NCBI GenBank assembly: GCA_964016885.1
Contig: OZ024751.1
Span: forward strand, 26,970,001 to 27,034,000
Source of the DNA: Eledone cirrhosa
Taxonomy: Eukaryota
Direction of reading: 5' to 3'
Length of the DNA stretch: 64,000 bases
The position numbers and the translations under genes were made by a program. Under the pieces are notes generated by a model. That model did not search any database and had not been told where the DNA came from. It saw only the letters and a program-made list of their open reading frames with translations. Below, piece after piece: positions 57,555 through 64,000 of this stretch; the stretch's first letter is position 1; each line of letters starts with the position of its first letter.

Positions 57555-57886
57555 ACACTAGCGTGTCACCAATAATCTCTAGATATGTCACAACACTAGT
57601 GTGTCACCAATAATCTCTAGATATGTCACAACACTAGTGTGTCACCAATAATCTCTAGATATGTCACAACACTAGTGTGTCACCAATAATCTCTAGATAT
57701 GTCACAACACTAGTGTGTCACCAATAATCTCTAGATATGTCACAACACTAGTGTGTCACCAATAATCTCTAGATATGTCACAACACTAGTGTGTCACCAA
57801 TAATCTCTAGATATGTCACAACACTAGTGTGTCACCAATAATCTCTAGATATGTCACAACACTAGTGTGTCACCAATAATCTCTAG
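57555..57886. repeat. 38-bp minisatellite with internal palindromes
   Basis: acactagtgtgtcaccaataatctctagatatgtcaca. Confidence 0.95.
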
Positions 57887-57998
57887 GTTTATCATGACAC
57901 TTAAGCTCAGCTACGTTTTGGAAATAAATTTTGGGAACTTTTTTTTTAAAATTGATCAGGCAACAATGTAATATTATATAAAAATGTTTCAGACTTAC

Positions 57999-59789
57999 CA
58001 TCAACACCTCCAGGCAAGTTAAACTCAGCAGAGAGTGGGCGGTTACCAATATCATGTAGGATCTTACGTGATCTGGTTGTGATATCATCCAACAGTGGCA
58101 TAGCAGGTGTGTAATCACTTGCCGGACTGTTATCAGTATCTGATGAGAACTGATGTTGATGTAGGTCTCTCGAAGGTATTATATCCATGTCTGACCTGTT
58201 GATTTCTGGCAGAGTGACACTGCCAGAGATTCCAGATGATGGTAATGTGGGGGGCATTGATTGAATAATAACAGGACCGGAGTCACTGCGATTCATCAGG
58301 TTCGGAGACGATGGGTAAACCTGAGACTGTCCTAAGCCTGCGTCATAAGGTGGGTACGAACCATAATTGGCGTAATCATCGTACAACTGGCGCCGGGCAA
58401 GCTCCTGCTTGTGGGCCAGATATTCAGTGGAGCTGTAATTAGCTTGAGCTTGAGAAAGTTCCTGAGCTCGTTTAGCATCCATACTATCGGATTTGTGTAT
58501 GTCGTGAGTGCTCTGTACGTAGCGTTCTAATTGGTAGGGTAGTTCGTCATCCAAGGGCTTAATGATGCCAGTCGGTACATGTCTGGGACTAGTGGAATAG
58601 GCATAACGTCTGGGAATATCATCGTAGCTGTGTGCCACAGCTTGTCTAGCGCGAGAAAGTCGAATAAGCTCATGCTGCAACCGTGCAGTCTCTTCAAGCT
58701 GTTTCTTTCTTTTTTCAATTTCATATTGTAATATCTGTCTTTTCTCCTCCTTGGTTCTCTTCTCTTCATCATCTGAGAAGTAGGTAGGGGTTCTCGAATG
58801 TCCAGCATAGCCTTCAGAAAGGAACGACTCTGATTGGCTGCTTGACAATGGAGCAGAGGAGGACAAGTACTGTGCACTGTCTGAAGAATGAATTCGTTCA
58901 GTGGACTGGGCTCGACCAGTGTAAAACATTTTGGCGTAAGCTGAAGGCTTGATCTTCTTGTAGGCAGAGTTCAAAGATTCTCCAGTTGGCTCAGATCGAG
59001 TACTTTCAGTATCACTGAGACCAGACTGGGAACTGTCATCGGTAGAGTATTTGGAGAACTTACCATCATAAGTCTCACTAGCTTTAGCTTGGAAATCAGC
59101 TTCGATATCTTTGTCTTCTTTGATAGGAGAAAACTTTGCAATCATTGGATCTGATGCCTGTCTCCGATGACGGGAACGTCTGGGGATGATTTGTGGAGAA
59201 GAACGCACTGCAGTAGATTTATCAAATGATGATGATGTCACCAAGCCACGCCCATTTCTTGGGAGAGATCGACACTTGTGACCATTCGAAAGAAATGAAG
59301 CAGCTTTCGAATCGGATTTTGATTCCAATTTTAATTCTTCAATTTGTTGCTCAAGTGCGTGGATTTCCTCAAGTTCTTCTATTTTACGCCTCCGACTCTC
59401 TGTAACTTTCCGCAACTCATCTTGAAGTCTTCTTTTCAGAGACTTCATTGCAGTACTTATTGGAATTCCGTAAATGCTGACCAATGAGTCTATGATTTGG
59501 TCATTGTCGTCCTGGGAGAATTCCTCATGTAACAGAGTTGTACTGGCTCCATGTAGTTCTGACCGTTTTGAAGTCAATCTCTGATATTCAGAAAAACTCG
59601 CTGATCTATACTGTCTGATATTGTCTTCGGGGTTCATATTTTTCCTCTCACTGAACAAAATATTTATCTCCTCAGCATCACTCCTTGGCTGCTGGTCAGG
59701 TTTGAAACCTTGTTTCTGGTGAGATGAACTGCCAATCTTACTGGTTGCACCACCTTCTGTCGGCTTCCCGTTTCGAGTAGTGCTACCAC
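57999..59789 (-). CDS. PCLO: Piccolo-like active-zone protein, large internal exon (1791 nt, phase 1-1; coiled-coil and Ser-rich)
   Basis: Lies within the 639-aa ORF. Acceptor ttcttcatttcttcaccag|G at 59790 and donor G|gtaagt at 57998. Heptad-like segments LKRRLQDELRKVTESRRRKIEELEEIHALEQQIEELK and EEKRQILQYEIEKRKKQLEETARLQHEL. Splices in frame to the PDZ exons. The symbol is a family-level call. Confidence 0.85.
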
Positions 59790-60042
59790 CTGGTGAAGAA
59801 ATGAAGAACAAAGAATAAATAATTTTGTTATATAAAGAGGATGAAAGAAAACATATGCTGGACATTAATTTCTGGCCTTGTGCCTAAAAGTAGAAACAAT
59901 TATTTACAATAGAATACCTATTGCACCCCTCCCCCACCTGCCTTCTGATTGGTCCTTCATTTTATTGACCCCAGGGGGATGAAAGGTAGAATTGACCAGA
60001 GGAGGTTGTCAATCAAAATATAGAGGGTGACAACTAATAAAT

Positions 60043-60227
60043 AATTGTTTCTACTTTTGGCACACGGCCAGCAATAACCCCAGTATATTACTGGTGTTTT
60101 ATATTATCAACCCCATAAGGATTAAAGGCAAAGTTAACCTAGACAGTATTTGAACTCAGAACGTAAATGGCCATAACTCTATGCTTCAAAGCATGGTGTC
60201 TGATGCTCTACCGATACTGCCAATCCA
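60043..60227 (-). mobile_element. Same SINE family, reverse orientation
   Basis: Diverged reverse complement of 55391-55574. Confidence 0.8.
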
Positions 60228-61389
60228 TCATCACTAATAAATAATGCAAGGCCAATTGGATGGATAGATAGATAGATAGATAGATAGAGAGGTAGGTAAG
60301 TAGTTAAATAGATAGACGGACAGACTGACAGATAGACAGAAATAGACAGATAGGTAGTAGATAGCAAGATAGACAGAGAGACAGATAGATATATTTCTAC
60401 AGATGGGTGTTGGAGATGGAGTGAGAAGTGGTTTTTCTGCAAAATTAATCTGCATGTCTGTTTTATCCACTTGGCCTCAACTGGTAAACTAATTCTTACC
60501 AACTATAGACTTCTTAAAATGTCCTCCCCTCCTCCACTCAATAATAACTACCCCCCATCCTCTTGAAAAAAGATAATAGTGAACATATGTATCACTGTTT
60601 ATCCACACAAACATCAAAGCAAGAATTTGGTCGGCAAGAACACCTCTCTCTTTCCCTTGCTTTCTCTTCGGGATTTTCATCAAAAAATTAAGGAGAAAAC
60701 TTTCCAATTAAAAACTTCACATTTCCTCTGACCGCCATAAAAATTTTGGAGGAAAAATAAAAGGAAAATAGTAATTAAAAAGTTGACTAGCAGATGTTAA
60801 CCACAAAAATGTGTGCCGATTTGAATAACATTCTGTGAGTCGTTAGCAATTGTGCGAGTGTTCCTGATACACCAAACCAATATACAGTGGCCAATTCCTT
60901 TGATGTGCCTGAGTAGATGAAAAATCCAAAATAAACATTGTTTTGTATTTATATATAACATACCCTAACATAGCTTAATAATCTCTCACAGCCAACAAAC
61001 TGATTCTTTTCTCAACGTGTTGTTATTGTTTACATGGCAACTGTATTTGAACTGTTTCAAGTGGTAGTGTGTACCTAGTTAGTTTCACTTGATGAGACTT
61101 CAGATATGCAGGTAACTAATCAAACATACTAGACATACCATACCTTAGTCTCATCTTTAACCATATACCACTATGCTGCAGCACCACATCATAGTATACT
61201 CTTCCATACAGTATTGCATCATGCAGGTATATATATAATTTACTGTGGCCCCAGGGTAATTTAAAATTTGAAATGTAGGAATCCAAAAGCAGAAAATAGG
61301 TGATTGCTATAAATAATAATAGCTTTAGTAAATCAGGAAAATACCTTTAAGAATGGAACAAAATGGCCAGAAGCTGCTGCTGTGTGTAT

Positions 61390-61683
61390 ATATATATATA
61401 TATACAGCAGCAGATGTAAAGTGATGTAATATATATATATACAGCAGCAGATGTAAAGTGATGTAATATATATATATACAGCAGCAGATGTAAAGTGATG
61501 TAATATATATATATACAGCAGCAGATGTAAAGTGATGTAATATATATATATACAGCAGCAGATGTAAAGTGATGTAATATATATATATACAGCAGCAGAT
61601 GTAAAGTGATGTAATATATATATATACAGCAGCAGATGTAAAGTGATGATATATATATATATACAGCAGCAGATGTAAAGTGA

Positions 61684-61725
<42 letters not shown>

Positions 61726-61744
61726 CAGCAGATGTAAAGTGATG

Positions 61745-61806
<62 letters not shown>

Positions 61807-61822
61807 TCACTTTACATCTGCT
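61390..61822. repeat. Tandem array tacagcagcagatgtaaagtgatgtaa(ta)n with an inverted last unit
   Basis: About 9 direct units, then atcatcactttacatctgct at 61803-61822. Confidence 0.9.
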
Positions 61823-62433
61823 CTCTATATTGGCATTAGCTGGATGGGTTGCCATGGTTTGAAACTGGACATGTGGCATGGTTTCTATGGCTGGATGTCC
61901 CCTCTAACATCAACCAGCTTACAGAGTATAGTAGGTGATTTTTATTGTGGCAACAGCACTACCACTTTACAGGGTGGGCTGGGTGTATTTTAACATTGTA
62001 CCAGCACTAGAAAAGTTTTTATGTCCTTAAGAGGATTAAAGAGGGTCCGCCTAACCCTTCAATTGGTCCCATTTTACAGAATATCCAATTGTTTGCTGTG
62101 TTGTTACATGTAAAGAAGTTTTGCTAAAGATTGTTTAAAGATGAAAAAAATAAATAATGCCAAATCACCTGTAGTGTTGGGGTTCCAAATTCTTTAAGAT
62201 TCCTTAGATGTAGATATGTTTGGAACATCATTAACTAATGGTATATATTGAACATTTAAAACAAACTGATCAACCATATGTTGTTGTGTGACAAGATGAG
62301 ATAGAAAGTGAAGCTACTAGCTAGCACAGAATAAATATAAAGTTGCAATACTTCCTCCAACTTAATTATATATATTTATATAATTATATATATAATTATT
62401 TATTGATATATATATATATAGAGAGAGAGAGAG

Positions 62434-62478
<45 letters not shown>

Positions 62479-63375
62479 TATGTGCATATATACATATATA
62501 TAAATCTATTAATGTGTAGTTCCGTTTCAATAAAAGCCGAACACTTACTACCACATTACAATCATACAATACTGCCATCAACACTGGCAAATGTCCAAGA
62601 TTTTAATGTCCATCAGTTCAGTTATTATTGCTATGACAACCAGACAATAGTGAAATGTAGGACACTGGCTTGCTAACAAAGCAAGGTTCAATCTTACTGC
62701 TAAGAATTCCGGTTTATGTTTTTAAAGTTGTATCAATATCTATACCAAATCAATATTTGATGTAGTCTAACTTTAATATATTTTATTGTCTGATAGAAAG
62801 ATATGAATATATAAAAGTTAGTGGGTGGTATTCAGATGTAGGATAATAGTTTTTAAATGGTTCCTGATCAATAACTAAGTCACAATAAGTAAATTGGGTC
62901 GCATGCATGACAGTGTTGCTGCTAAAGAAGTTGGAAAAAAGGGGACAGATGAAGCAAAACAAGCTTGTGTCTATATTTTGGATTGCTATAATGATGATAA
63001 CAATCGCCAACATCTGGATTCTTTATTGTCTTTATTGTTGCTGTTATTCTGCGGGATGAGTGAATTGTTGCTGGTGTGGTGGCAGTAGCAGTGTAATGAT
63101 AAAAGGTCAGTAAACAAAGACTGTATTGACCCCCTAATTAACATGTAAACTGAAGATTGAACAATAAGCTGAGCTAGTAGCCATAAATCTGTCAACAATA
63201 ACAATAACAAACTTTTCTCAGAGCCTACAAATTCCACCAATCAAAAAGCAGATACATCTGCCACTAAACATTAATAAAAAATATGATATTCAGTATCCCA
63301 TATGTTTGCTAGATAGTAATATGTTATTTGTGGCATATCTGCATAGTTGCATAACTACACTTCATAATTGTATGA

Positions 63376-63451
63376 GCATCTGATGATGTCACATGGAAAC
63401 TGTTAATGATATAACCATTACATAACCATGTCATTGAAATATGTATAATGC
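63376..63451 (+). ncRNA. Type I hammerhead ribozyme
   Basis: GCAT-CTGATGA-TGTCACATGG...CCATGTCATT-GAAA-TATGTA-TA^-ATGC; covaries with the 17758 copy. Confidence 0.75.
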
Positions 63452-63565
63452 AATAAAACAATTATGTAAAAGTAACTGTGTCGTAACAGCATTTCATAAA
63501 TGGAAACATCTAATGACCAACATTTAACTGGGGATACACTATTGAAGTGCTTTTGGATTGCTTAA

Positions 63566-63769
63566 CCCTTTAGCATTTAAACTGGTCATATCCAGCCAGA
63601 ATTCTCTCACTTCTCTCTGTTCAAACCGGCTATATCTGGCTGCTCATACTTATGTTAAGGTATTGTTCTCAAGATAAATAATACCAAAATCTCGTAGATT
63701 TGATATTATGTGAGAGTGTTTACCATGAAAATAAAATAGTAAATATAAAGTAATATAAATGCTAAAGGG
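63566..63769. mobile_element. piggyBac-type MITE, same family as 1441
   Basis: TTAA|CCCTTTAGCATTTA...TAAATGCTAAAGGG|TTAA with homologous interior. Confidence 0.82.
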
Positions 63770-63824
63770 TTAAACTGGTTTATCCTCACAATGGATAAAC
63801 ACCTACATTATCAGAACTATATAT

Positions 63825-64000
63825 AATTGTTTCTACTTTTGGCACAAGGCCAGAAATTATCCCAGTGTATTACTGGTACTTTATTTTATCGACCCTGTAA
63901 AGATGAAAGGCAAAGTTAACCTCGGCGGGATTTGAACTCAGATCATAAAGGGAGGTAACTGATCTGAGTTCAAATCCCGCCAAGATTAACTTTGCCTTTC
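63825..64000. mobile_element. SINE (minus) immediately followed by an inverted partial copy
   Basis: gaaaggcaaagttaacctcggcgggatttgaactcagatc / gatctgagttcaaatcccgccaagattaactttgcctttc. Confidence 0.75.

Noticed and set aside
57946-59865. 639-aa ORF as a single-exon gene
   Set aside because: Its ends are intronic read-through; splice sites delimit 57999-59789
60499-60565. Possible upstream phase-1 exon ending at a G|gtaaga donor
   Set aside because: Weak acceptor and no recognisable peptide

Overview
AT-rich, microsatellite-laden eukaryotic DNA, most likely from an octopod cephalopod (inferred from the SINE families and repeat landscape, not proven). The whole window lies inside one minus-strand gene. 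Eight phase-compatible GT-AG exons (59789 down to 2654; 2612 nt of CDS) encode part of a Piccolo/Fife/Clarinet-like presynaptic active-zone scaffold: a coiled-coil/Ser-rich region, a complete PDZ domain and the probable start of a C2 domain. The introns hold tRNA-derived SINEs, hAT and piggyBac-type MITEs, CR1/RTE LINE ends, a dead mariner transposase and many minisatellites. The most notable hidden signal is a dense set of short elements, mostly embedded in (TA)n. Many are fold-back (inverted-repeat) structures with a one-sided tail, and many carry type I hammerhead ribozyme motifs with palindromic stem III. This is the signature of Penelope-like retroelement pseudo-LTRs. Several hammerheads have an intact core, three of them on the pre-mRNA strand. 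One sub-family keeps a conserved C.C mismatch in stem II, and two others have non-canonical cores. Almost all ORFs in the supplied track are microsatellite artefacts.
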